From assembly GCA_963695555.1 (NCBI GenBank), contig CAVOGR010000002.1, positions 64,001-128,000 of the forward strand: a stretch of 64,000 nt of DNA, written 5' to 3'. The translations under genes were made by a program, and so were the position numbers. The notes under the pieces were generated by a model. It saw nothing but the letters and a program-made list of their open reading frames with translations. It had not been told where the DNA came from and ran no database searches. Source of the stretch: an uncultured Gemmatimonadales bacterium (GTDB lineage Bacteria > Gemmatimonadota > Gemmatimonadetes > Gemmatimonadales > GWC2-71-9). This document shows, in pieces, positions 26,953 to 34,955 of the stretch (the first letter of the stretch is position 1; every line of letters starts with the position of its first letter).

Positions 26953-27126
26953 TCAGGGGAGGGTGGCCTTCGGGAGGGATGCGATCTCCCACAGGCCCCA
27001 CAGGGTGTAGAACAGGAGCATGACGACGATTCCGGCTACTAAGAGCAGGAACGGGTTGTCGTACAGCCGCTGGCCCAACGGAACTTCGGTCCCCGCGTCC
27101 GTCGTCCTTTCGTGATCATCCGCCAT
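26953..27126 (-). CDS. 57-aa single-TM small subunit (not in the ORF track)
   Basis: Manual translation: MADDHERTTDAGTEVPLGQRLYDNPFLLLVAGIVVMLLFYTLWGLWEIASLPKATLP. AGGAGG RBS; fills the operon gap. Confidence 0.82.
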   Translation of the reverse strand: MADDHERTTDAGTEVPLGQRLYDNPFLLLVAGIVVMLLFYTLWGLWEIASLPKATLP

Positions 27127-27138
27127 CGTGCGCCTCCT

Positions 27139-27564
27139 CTAGGGTGTCCGGCCAGCCACACGAACTGGCTGCCCAACCACTTCGGCCACCGTGGTGTCTC
27201 GTACGAACCGGGCGACCTCCTCGCCCAACCGGCTCCAGCGCGAATGCACCGCGCAGGCCCGTTCATCCGAACATTCCGCCCGTCCCAACAGGCAGCGCCG
27301 GCGGGCGTCGACCGACTCGAATACCGAGACCACGTCCAGCAACGAGACTTCCTCGGCGGGCCGGCTGAGCTCGAAACCGCCGTGCTTTCCGCGGGATGAC
27401 TTGACCACACCGGCCCGAGCCATCGCGTGCATGATTTTCGACAGGTAGTTGGCGGGCACACCGATGGCCCCGGCAATCTCGGCGACCGGCTCGGGGCCGC
27501 TGCCCCAGCGCTTCGCCAAGTGGAACACCGCGCTGAGGGCGTATTCCGAGGTTCCAGAAAACAT
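27139..27564 (-). CDS. Rrf2 family Fe-S transcriptional regulator
   Basis: EYAL, YLSKI, SSRGKHGGFEL; C-x6-C-x5-C-x2-H ligand set; start at ATG 27564. Confidence 0.9.
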   Translation of the reverse strand: MFSGTSEYALSAVFHLAKRWGSGPEPVAEIAGAIGVPANYLSKIMHAMARAGVVKSSRGKHGGFELSRPAEEVSLLDVVSVFESVDARRRCLLGRAECSDERACAVHSRWSRLGEEVARFVRDTTVAEVVGQPVRVAGRTP

Positions 27565-27600
27565 CGTGGCGGGCTTCCCCCTGGACTTGGGCTTCTGGCT

Positions 27601-27640
27601 AATTACGATATTGACATGAGACAAGCATATTATGCATCCC
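27601..27640. promoter_or_regulatory. Candidate Rrf2 operator in the divergent promoter region
   Basis: AT-rich patch with TTGACA (27611-27616) and inverted repeat GCATA-T-TATGC (27625-27635). Confidence 0.45.
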
Positions 27641-27702
27641 GCGCGGGGTGAGTGCAAGATTGACCGCCTCGCCCAACCCCCGAACCCCTCGGCAGGAGGC
27701 CC

Positions 27703-29277
27703 ATGAGATCCTGGGGTAAGCGGCTCGAAGGGGCGGCATTTCGGGTCCTGTCCCGGGCCGACGCCTTCATGAACCGGCTCTACACCTGGCGCTTCAATCC
27801 GCTCTATCACAGCGGGGCGCTGGTGGTGGTGCTGTTCATCGCGGTGACTGTGACCGGGATCTATCTGCTTTTTTTCTATCGGGTTAGCGCGCCATACCAG
27901 TCGATTGCCAGGCTCCAGGACCAGGTCTGGTTGGGACGCTGGATTCGTTCGTTCCACCGCTATGCCTCCGACGCGGCGGTGGTTGCGGCCTTGGTTCACG
28001 CCTTCCGGGTATTCGCCCAAGGTCGCAGCTGGGGGCCCCGCACCCTGGCCTGGGTCAGTGGGGTGGCCCTGCTCTCCGTTACCCTGATCTGCGGCTGGAC
28101 CGGCTACGTCATGGTTTGGGACGAACAGGGCCTGGTCCTGGCCCGGGAGGGCGCCCGGTTCCTCGATGCCCTCCCCTTGTTCTCGGAGCCCATCAGCCGG
28201 GCATTCGTGGGCGACCGGCTGATCCCGAACGCGTTCTTCTTTCTGAATCTCTTCCTGCACGTCGCACTTCCGATCGGGATCGGCGTCGTGCTGTGGCTCC
28301 ACGTCTCGCGCGTGGCCAGAGCCGCGCTCCTGCCACCGCGCGCCCTGAGCTGGGCGGTCCTGGGCCTGCTGCTCGGACTCTCGGTCCTCTGGCCCGCCGC
28401 CCTCGGACCGGCGGCCGACTTGTTTCGATTGCCGCAACGAGCGCCGTTCGATCTGTTCTACTCAGGCTGGCTCCCGCTCACCAGGAATCTGTCGGCCGGT
28501 CTGGTCTGGCTCGTGGGTGGCACACTCGCCGCGATCTTCGTGGCCACCCCATGGTGGATCGGCGGCCGCAGCCGACGCGTCGAGTCGATGCAGCCCTCCT
28601 TCGTGGTCCAGCGGCTCTGCGATGCCTGCCGAACGTGCTATCTGGATTGCCCCTACGAAGCGATCGACATGGTGGCGCGTACTGACGGGCGCCCCGGTCT
28701 CGTCGCCCGCGTCGATCCGGCGCTCTGCGTCAGCTGCGGTATTTGCGCCGGGTCGTGCGCCCCGATGGGGGTCGGGCCCCCAAAGCGAACGGGCCGATAC
28801 CAGGTCGCCGCCGTCGAGCAGTTCATCGCCGACCACACGCTCGGCTCGGACGACGTCGTGATCATTGGCTGTTCCTTCGGCGCCGGGAACGTCACTCGAG
28901 GGACAACGTTCGACGGTGCATGTATCTTTCCGGTCGACTGCGCCGGGAGCATGCATACCTCGGTGGTGGAGTACCTGGTGCGGTCAGGCGTGGGTGGGGT
29001 GTTGATCGTATCTTGCCCCCCACGCGATTGCTGGCATCGCGAAGGCCCCAAGTGGCTGGAACAGCGGCTCTATCACGGTAGAGAGGCCGAGCTCAAGGAG
29101 CGGGTCGACCGGCGGCGCATCAGGCTGGCGCACGCCGGGCTCGCGGAACCATACCTCGTTCGGCAGGTGTTGGCTGAGTTCCGCCGTGAGCTGGCCGCGC
29201 TCGAAGTGGCCAGCGCGGAAGAGGATATCGCGCTGAGTATCGAGTGCGCGGCACCGGTAGAAGAGGTCGAGTCGTGA
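27703..29277 (+). CDS. Fusion of a cytochrome b N-terminal domain, a 2x[4Fe-4S] ferredoxin and an MvhD/FlpD-like domain
   Basis: Heme His pairs SFHRY..LVHA and FLHV..WLHV; CDACRTC..CP and CVSCGIC..C; IGC, DCAGS, SCPPRDCWHREG. Confidence 0.82.
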   Translation: MRSWGKRLEGAAFRVLSRADAFMNRLYTWRFNPLYHSGALVVVLFIAVTVTGIYLLFFYRVSAPYQSIARLQDQVWLGRWIRSFHRYASDAAVVAALVHAFRVFAQGRSWGPRTLAWVSGVALLSVTLICGWTGYVMVWDEQGLVLAREGARFLDALPLFSEPISRAFVGDRLIPNAFFFLNLFLHVALPIGIGVVLWLHVSRVARAALLPPRALSWAVLGLLLGLSVLWPAALGPAADLFRLPQRAPFDLFYSGWLPLTRNLSAGLVWLVGGTLAAIFVATPWWIGGRSRRVESMQPSFVVQRLCDACRTCYLDCPYEAIDMVARTDGRPGLVARVDPALCVSCGICAGSCAPMGVGPPKRTGRYQVAAVEQFIADHTLGSDDVVIIGCSFGAGNVTRGTTFDGACIFPVDCAGSMHTSVVEYLVRSGVGGVLIVSCPPRDCWHREGPKWLEQRLYHGREAELKERVDRRRIRLAHAGLAEPYLVRQVLAEFRRELAALEVASAEEDIALSIECAAPVEEVES

Positions 29278-29822
29278 TGGGACGCCCCGTGGTAATGGCG
29301 CTTGGAGCCGTCCTCGCGGTGGGCGGTATGATGGCACTGGGTGCGTTGTCCCAGATTCCGTACCAACCCGAGGAGGCGACGCACGCCGTGATTCGGCTCG
29401 CCTGGCGGGCCCGGGGCGTCGCGGTCAAGGAGTGCCGCACGATGACGCCGGAAGAGCTCGAGAAGGTGGCCGTTCATATGCGGCGGACCGAAGTGTGCGA
29501 AGGGCGGACCCTGCCCTATCAGCTCCGCGCGGTAGTTGACGGCGATGTCCGGGTCGATGAAGCCGTCGAGGCAGGCGGCGCCCGTGGCGACCGGCCGCTC
29601 TTCGTGCTCCACGATCTTCCGGTGGCCCCAGGCTCGCACCAAGTGGAGGTCTCATTTACTCGCGAGAGAGCGCCCGCAGAGGCTACGGACAGTACGGAGG
29701 TCACCCCGGCCAGACTGGAACTCGACCGATCGATCGAGGTGGTATCGGGGCAGGTCGTGCTCGTGACCTACGACCCGGATACCAAAACCATGATCGTTCA
29801 GGACGCGCCCGCGACTCGTTGA
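29277..29822 (+). CDS. Membrane-anchored hypothetical protein coupled to the cytochrome b fusion
   Basis: TGATG overlap; N-terminal TM; C..HMRR..C motif. Confidence 0.75.
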   Translation: MGRPVVMALGAVLAVGGMMALGALSQIPYQPEEATHAVIRLAWRARGVAVKECRTMTPEELEKVAVHMRRTEVCEGRTLPYQLRAVVDGDVRVDEAVEAGGARGDRPLFVLHDLPVAPGSHQVEVSFTRERAPAEATDSTEVTPARLELDRSIEVVSGQVVLVTYDPDTKTMIVQDAPATR

Positions 29823-29865
29823 TTGCTGGCGTGCCCCCGACAGGCAAATCCCTTGGAGGCAGCAC

Positions 29866-31188
29866 ATGCCGCTACGCGTGATCATCCTCGGCGCAGCAGG
29901 CCGGGACTTCCATAACTTCAACGTCCATTTTCGAGACAATCCTGCCTACGACGTGGTTGCCTTCACTGCCACCCAGATTCCCAACATCAGCGGGCGCCGC
30001 TACCCACCCGAACTCGCGGGAGACCAATATCCCAAGGGCATACCGATCGAGCCCGAGGACGACCTCGAGAGCCTGATCCGAAGCCGCGATGTCAACGTGG
30101 TGGTCTTCGCCTACAGCGATGTGTCCCATGACTACGTGATGCACTTGGGCTCCCGGGCCCTGGCGGCCGGCGCCGACTACCTCCTGCTCGGACCCAAGCA
30201 CACCATGCTGAGTTCGCGGGTTCCGGTGGTGGCCATTTGCGCGGCGCGCACGGGATCGGGCAAGAGCCAAACCAGCCGCTATGTGGCAGCCATCTTGAGC
30301 GGCTGGGGGAAACGGGTCGTGGTGATTCGTCATCCGATGCCGTACGGAGACTTGGTCAAACAGGCGGTCCAGCGCTTCGCGAACTACGACGATCTCGAGC
30401 AACACGATGTAACCATCGAAGAACGCGAGGAATACGAGCCGCACATCGCGGCGGGCCGGGTGGTCTACGCCGGTGTCGATTACCAGAAGATCCTGGAACA
30501 GGCCGAACGGGAAGCCGACGTCATCATCTGGGACGGCGGCAACAACGACCTGCCGTTCTACCGACCGACCTTCCATATCGTCGTCGTCGATCCGCACCGC
30601 CCAGGCCACTCGGCCGAGTACCATCCCGGCGAGACCAACGTTCGGATGGCCGACTGCATCATCATCAACAAGATGGACACCGCGGCCCCGGAGCAGGTGC
30701 AGGCCGTGCGAGAGACCGTCACCAATCTCAATGCCCGGGCCACGATCGTCGAGGCCGACAGCCCCATTACCGTGGAGGGCGCCGAACAGATCCGGGGCAA
30801 GAGGGTCTTGGTGGTCGAAGACGGCCCGACCCTCACCCACGGCGGCATGGCATTCGGCGCGGGATGGGTGGCGGCCAAACAGCATGGCGCAGCCGCGGTC
30901 ATCGACCCCAGGCCCTATGCCGTGGGCTCGATTGCCCGGACCTTCGAGGCCTATCCCACCACCGGCGCGGTCCTTCCGGCCATGGGCTATGGCGACCAGC
31001 AGACCGAGGAATTGGAGCAGACCATCAATGACTCCCCAGCCGACCTCGTGATCATCGGCACCCCGATCGACCTGCGGCGCATCGTGAACATCACGAAGCC
31101 ATCGGTCCGGGTGCGCTACGAACTCGCCGAGCGGGGGGAACCCAAGCTCGAGGGATATCTGCGCGAAGCAATTAACCGTAAGTCGTAA
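29866..31188 (+). CDS. COG2403 P-loop protein (cyclic 2,3-diphosphoglycerate synthetase/arginine synthetase ArcE-like)
   Basis: GAAGRDFHNFN, RTGSGKSQT, RHPMPYGDL, TIEEREEYEPH, DGGNND, EDGPTLTHGGM. Confidence 0.82.
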   Translation: MPLRVIILGAAGRDFHNFNVHFRDNPAYDVVAFTATQIPNISGRRYPPELAGDQYPKGIPIEPEDDLESLIRSRDVNVVVFAYSDVSHDYVMHLGSRALAAGADYLLLGPKHTMLSSRVPVVAICAARTGSGKSQTSRYVAAILSGWGKRVVVIRHPMPYGDLVKQAVQRFANYDDLEQHDVTIEEREEYEPHIAAGRVVYAGVDYQKILEQAEREADVIIWDGGNNDLPFYRPTFHIVVVDPHRPGHSAEYHPGETNVRMADCIIINKMDTAAPEQVQAVRETVTNLNARATIVEADSPITVEGAEQIRGKRVLVVEDGPTLTHGGMAFGAGWVAAKQHGAAAVIDPRPYAVGSIARTFEAYPTTGAVLPAMGYGDQQTEELEQTINDSPADLVIIGTPIDLRRIVNITKPSVRVRYELAERGEPKLEGYLREAINRKS

Positions 31189-31204
31189 GTCCAGGGACGG
31201 AAGA

Positions 31205-31239
31205 GCCCTCGGACGCCGTTTCACCGTCCGAGGGCCTTT
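31205..31239 (+). terminator. Hairpin terminator between convergent genes
   Basis: 11-bp stem GCCCTCGGACG/CGTCCGAGGGC, 9-nt loop, short T tail. Confidence 0.75.
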
Positions 31240-31243
31240 CCAT

Positions 31244-31280
31244 CCCTACTCCCTACTCACTGCTCCCTACTCCCTGCTCC
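31244..31280. repeat. Heptamer tandem repeat (CCCTACT variants)
   Basis: Directly visible. Confidence 0.85.
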
Positions 31281-32496
31281 TCAGCTATCATCCTCGATCT
31301 TGATATCGAGCGCATTCAGTACCATCGGCGGCCCGGCGCTCACCAGGGCGGCGTGGCCTTCGGCCCGGACCAGGCGCTGCGCCTGAACCGCCGCGTCGGT
31401 CGCCTGAAGTGACAGGAGATCCCCCAGCGGATCGATCAACTGATCCGTCGCCACCTGCACGACGGTCCCGTTAGCGAGGGTGAGGGTGCGGCCGGCGACG
31501 TCGACGCTCGCGACCCGGTCCTGGAATTCGAGCGCACCGGGCAAGTTGTCATCTTCGTCCTCGACTTCGAACTCCACTTCCTTGGCCGTGATGGTGAGCG
31601 GGTTGGTACCGGTCACGTCCCCCTCCCCTTCGGCTTCGACGATGAGTCCGTTCGCCAGCGCTGCTGCAACCTCACCAAGCGATCCGAGCTCGTCGCTATC
31701 ATCCGCGTCGTCGATCTCGGTGCCGCTGACGATCTCGATGACCGTGCCGTCGGTCAGGGTGAACGACGATCCGTTCACGGCCGCTACGATACCCTCGAAA
31801 TCTCGCTCGGAATTGTCGTCATCGACCTCGGATTCCAATTCTGTCACGCCGCCGCTCACGTTGAGCTCGACGCCCATGCCAAGGACCGTGAGGATCGCGT
31901 CGGGCGGCGGGCTCGCGTTGGATGCGAAGTTATCGCCATCGACGTTGATCTCGATCTTCTGGTCGTCGGCCTCGTCGTCCAGCTCCAGCTCGCTCGCGAT
32001 GAACGTCGCGTCATTAGGATCCTGCGGCGCGGCGGTGGGATTCCGTTTCGCCTCGACTGCCGGGTTCCGTCCCACCGCCAGCGCGTCTTGGACCCGCGTG
32101 ATGAAGTCCTGCATGCTGATACGCCGGCCGTCCTCGGCCTCGAAATCGGTGCCCGCATTGAACCCGACGGCAAAGCCACCGCCCAGGGTCAGGGTCACCG
32201 ACCCGGCCGGGTCGATCGAGGAGATCCGGCTTTCGATCTCTTCCTCATCGAACAACTCCTCGCTCTCCTTCACCTCGACCTCGCGGGCAACCAGAGTGCC
32301 GTTCACCAGCTTGATCTCCACCCGGTTGGGGCCGCTGACCATTGCATCCTCGAACTCGGGCAGCGTGATCTGCTGGGAGAATTGAGGCAGCGCGCCCCCG
32401 CCCCCGCCCCCGCCCGCCAGGTCCGGTCACACCATCACTGTTGCACGCCGTAACGAGGGCGGCCATTCCGAATACCCAAAGACTGCTCGATTTCAC
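31281..32496 (-). pseudogene. Acidic DUF5666-like lipoprotein split by a frameshift in a (GGGGGC)n tract (real or assembly error)
   Basis: Signal peptide with lipobox VTAC from GTG 32496 (GGAGGT RBS). Body lies in another frame; the junction is at G-runs 32395-32418 of lengths 5,5,5,3,2. Confidence 0.72.
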
Positions 32497-32540
32497 GATT
32501 CCACCTCCACACGATGTTTGACTTTGACACCCCCCTTTAA

Positions 32541-32556
32541 GGCAACGGCGATGCCA
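32541..32556 (-). promoter_or_regulatory. Sigma54 -24/-12 promoter
   Basis: TGGCATCGCCGTTGCC with exact GG-N10-GC spacing, 45 bp upstream of GTG 32496. Confidence 0.6.
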
Positions 32557-32685
32557 GAGGCGGGCCGACAGTTGTCAATGGTGGAAGTGACGTGACATCA
32601 GTGACTTGGCATGAACCGGCTGACGGTCGCGCCGGAGCGGGCCCGTAACGGGACATTACGGGCCGTGTCAAATCGTTACACCTGA

Positions 32686-33171
32686 TCAGGGTTGTTCGGG
32701 CGGCTCGGGCGGTGGGTTCGGCAGGGGATCGGGCCCCCCGGGACCGAAGGCTCGGCGCTGGGCACCGCGTCCCTGGCCGCGGGCCGCCATCTCACGATCG
32801 AGTTGCACGCGTTGCTCCTCAGTCAGGACCGACCGGAGCTCTTGCTGGATCGAGTCCCGATACATCCGAAGGTGGGGGAGAGTCTGTCGCATGAGCGAAT
32901 CGGTTTTGGGACGGGCCCGCTCCAGAATCGCCCGCATGCTGTCCTTCTGCGCCTGCGACAAGTCGAGCCGCTGGTAGATCCGCGGCAACTCGCCGGGCCG
33001 GGGTGGGCGCGCGGCCCCGCGCATGCTGTCCGGCCGTATGGGCGGGCCGCCCCGGACCGTCCGGAATCGTTCGACACTCATTCCGAGGACCCCGCCGGCC
33101 ACGAAGGCCACGACCAGAAGCACTATTCCCCGCGCCCGCACTCGGCCGAGCGATTCGATGCCTTCGATCAT
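32686..33171 (-). CDS. Spy/CpxP-like membrane-anchored helical protein
   Basis: TM helix then LDLSQAQ and VLTEEQ (LTxxQ-like) motifs; third gene of the ECF operon. Confidence 0.7.
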   Translation of the reverse strand: MIEGIESLGRVRARGIVLLVVAFVAGGVLGMSVERFRTVRGGPPIRPDSMRGAARPPRPGELPRIYQRLDLSQAQKDSMRAILERARPKTDSLMRQTLPHLRMYRDSIQQELRSVLTEEQRVQLDREMAARGQGRGAQRRAFGPGGPDPLPNPPPEPPEQP

Positions 33172-33536
33172 TGGCTCACCTCGATGGTTTCCAGGAAGTC
33201 GCTCGTGGAGGGCAACTGGTCACTGCGGATCCACGATGCGACCTGGGTTGGTACGCCAAGCGACTCTTCGATTCCGATCTCGACGACGACGCTGGCACTG
33301 GCACCTGGCGTTTCACCCAAACGCCAGAGAAACCCGAGCGAGACCATGATGACAACCGCTGCCGCCGCCAGCAGAGGCCACCACCACTGACCAACCTGGG
33401 CCACGGCGCTCGAGGGTTGCCGGCGCCGCGTGAATTCGGGCTCCGCGTCGTGTACGATCGCCGAAACCAGGCGCTCGAAGCGCGCCTCGTCACGAGTCGG
33501 GTCGAGTGCGGAGAAATTGATGCGATCGTCGCTCAT
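33168..33536 (-). CDS. Putative single-TM anti-sigma factor
   Basis: Translationally coupled downstream of the ECF sigma gene; one TM (WWPLLAAAAVV). Confidence 0.7.
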   Translation of the reverse strand: MSDDRINFSALDPTRDEARFERLVSAIVHDAEPEFTRRRQPSSAVAQVGQWWWPLLAAAAVVIMVSLGFLWRLGETPGASASVVVEIGIEESLGVPTQVASWIRSDQLPSTSDFLETIEVSQ

Positions 33537-34102
33537 GACAGGTACTCCTTTACGATCTGAGGGCCCAGACTCTCACGCAGTTGTCGTCGTGCCACGAACA
33601 AGTGCTGTCGGGCCGCCACCTCCGAAATGCCAAGCGACCGGGCGATCTCACGGTGCTTCCACCCTTCCAGGTCGTGCAGCAGCACCACCTCACGCTGTAC
33701 TTCCGAGAGCTTCCCGATCGCGGCTTCCAGGAGGTGGCGCAGTTCGTTTCGTTCGAGGTCTCGGGCCGAGTCATCCCGGCTTGCGGCGGAGGTGGACTCC
33801 AGCGGAACCGTACTCCGGACCGCTCGGTATTCCCGGTAGTTCCGGGCTCGGTTTCGGACGATTTGGACCACCCAAGCGCCGAACTTATCCGGATTGCGGC
33901 ACTCCTCCAGCCGCTCCAATGCCTTGAGAAAGCCGTCATGGCACACATCCTCGGCATCCATCTGATTCCCCAAGAGAGCCAGAGCCGCGGCATAGGCGGC
34001 CCGGAAGTGTCGGCGGACCAGCTCTTCGAAGGCCCGAGCGGCACCCGCGCGCGCCTGCTCGACCAGTATGGCATCCGACACGCTCGCATGGGATTGGTGC
34101 AT
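33533..34102 (-). CDS. ECF RNA polymerase sigma factor
   Basis: AFEELVRRH, DAEDV, FGAWV..IVRN, region 4 QREVVLLHDLEGWKHREIA. Confidence 0.92.
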   Translation of the reverse strand: MHQSHASVSDAILVEQARAGAARAFEELVRRHFRAAYAAALALLGNQMDAEDVCHDGFLKALERLEECRNPDKFGAWVVQIVRNRARNYREYRAVRSTVPLESTSAASRDDSARDLERNELRHLLEAAIGKLSEVQREVVLLHDLEGWKHREIARSLGISEVAARQHLFVARRQLRESLGPQIVKEYLS

Positions 34103-34117
34103 GGCTCCTATTCCCAG

Positions 34118-34196
34118 AGACAGCCAAGCAGGGAGAACCGTTAGTCCGAGGAGTGGGCTGTCGGACCGCCTAACGATTCCGTCTCGCCGCCTGTCT
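34118..34196. promoter_or_regulatory. Two back-to-back ECF-type promoters CTAACG-N15-CTGTCT
   Basis: Minus strand 34144-34118 and plus strand 34170-34196, with identical boxes and spacing. Confidence 0.75.
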
Positions 34197-34268
34197 TGGT
34201 AACCGAGGGCGCATCCGACTCGGATGCCCTCGACTCACGATATCGAAGAACGACTACTGGAGGAAGAC

Positions 34269-34886
34269 ATGACCAAGCAATTCATCCGCGGCGCGGCCGC
34301 AACGCTCTTCCTGGCAGGAGGGAGCCTCCTCTTCCTTGGATGCAGCGAGAGCCAGGCCCTGGAGAGCGAGCTCAATGCCGTCACGGGCCAGGCCCTGGTG
34401 CAGCACCCCGTGGATCTCTCGGGAACCTGGAAGCTGAACCCTGATGCGAGCGACAACCCGCGTGAGCTGCTCGGCAATCGCAGAGGCCAGGGCCCCCGGG
34501 CCGGTGCGCGACCGGACAGCGGCGCCAGAGGCGTCCGCGGGCCGGGCCGGCCAGGGGCCGGCCGGGGAGGTGGACCAGGCGATCGGAACCTCACGATCAC
34601 CCAGACCGACGAAACGGTGACGCTGAGCCACGGCCCCAGGGGATCAATCACCCTCACCCCGAACGGTCAAGCGGTCACCAAAGAGGGCCGCGGCGGTGAG
34701 CACCAGGTAACCGCCAAGTGGGAGGGTGAGGTTCTGGTGGTGGAGCACAGCGGACCCCGGGGCGGAACCAGGACTCGGTCGTTCCAATTGTCCGCGGATG
34801 AGCAACAGCTCATCGTGACCAATAAGATCTCAGGTGGCCCGAGCGGAGAGACGGTCGAGTTCCGCACCGTGTTCGACAAGACCTGA
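34269..34886 (+). CDS. Hypothetical lipoprotein (beta-rich, Gly/Arg-rich insert)
   Basis: GGAGG RBS; lipobox FLGC; DLSGTWKLN..S motif. Confidence 0.75.
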   Translation: MTKQFIRGAAATLFLAGGSLLFLGCSESQALESELNAVTGQALVQHPVDLSGTWKLNPDASDNPRELLGNRRGQGPRAGARPDSGARGVRGPGRPGAGRGGGPGDRNLTITQTDETVTLSHGPRGSITLTPNGQAVTKEGRGGEHQVTAKWEGEVLVVEHSGPRGGTRTRSFQLSADEQQLIVTNKISGGPSGETVEFRTVFDKT

Positions 34887-34902
34887 GACCACTTGCTCCA
34901 GA

Positions 34903-34936
34903 CAAGACGGCCGCGCCAAATGGCGCGGCCGTCTTG
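34903..34936. terminator. Hairpin, probably a bidirectional terminator
   Basis: Perfect 16-bp inverted repeat CAAGACGGCCGCGCCA/TGGCGCGGCCGTCTTG between convergent genes. Confidence 0.8.
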
Positions 34937-34955
34937 CTTGGTTGACTGACCGACG

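Noticed and set aside
27565..28437. 290-aa N-terminal extension of the Rrf2 ORF
   Set aside because: It is antisense to the cytochrome b gene; the Rrf2 domain begins at ATG 27564.
27703..29277. bc1 complex or hydrogenase
   Set aside because: There is no PEWY motif and no Rieske, cytochrome c1 or hydrogenase catalytic subunit in the window.
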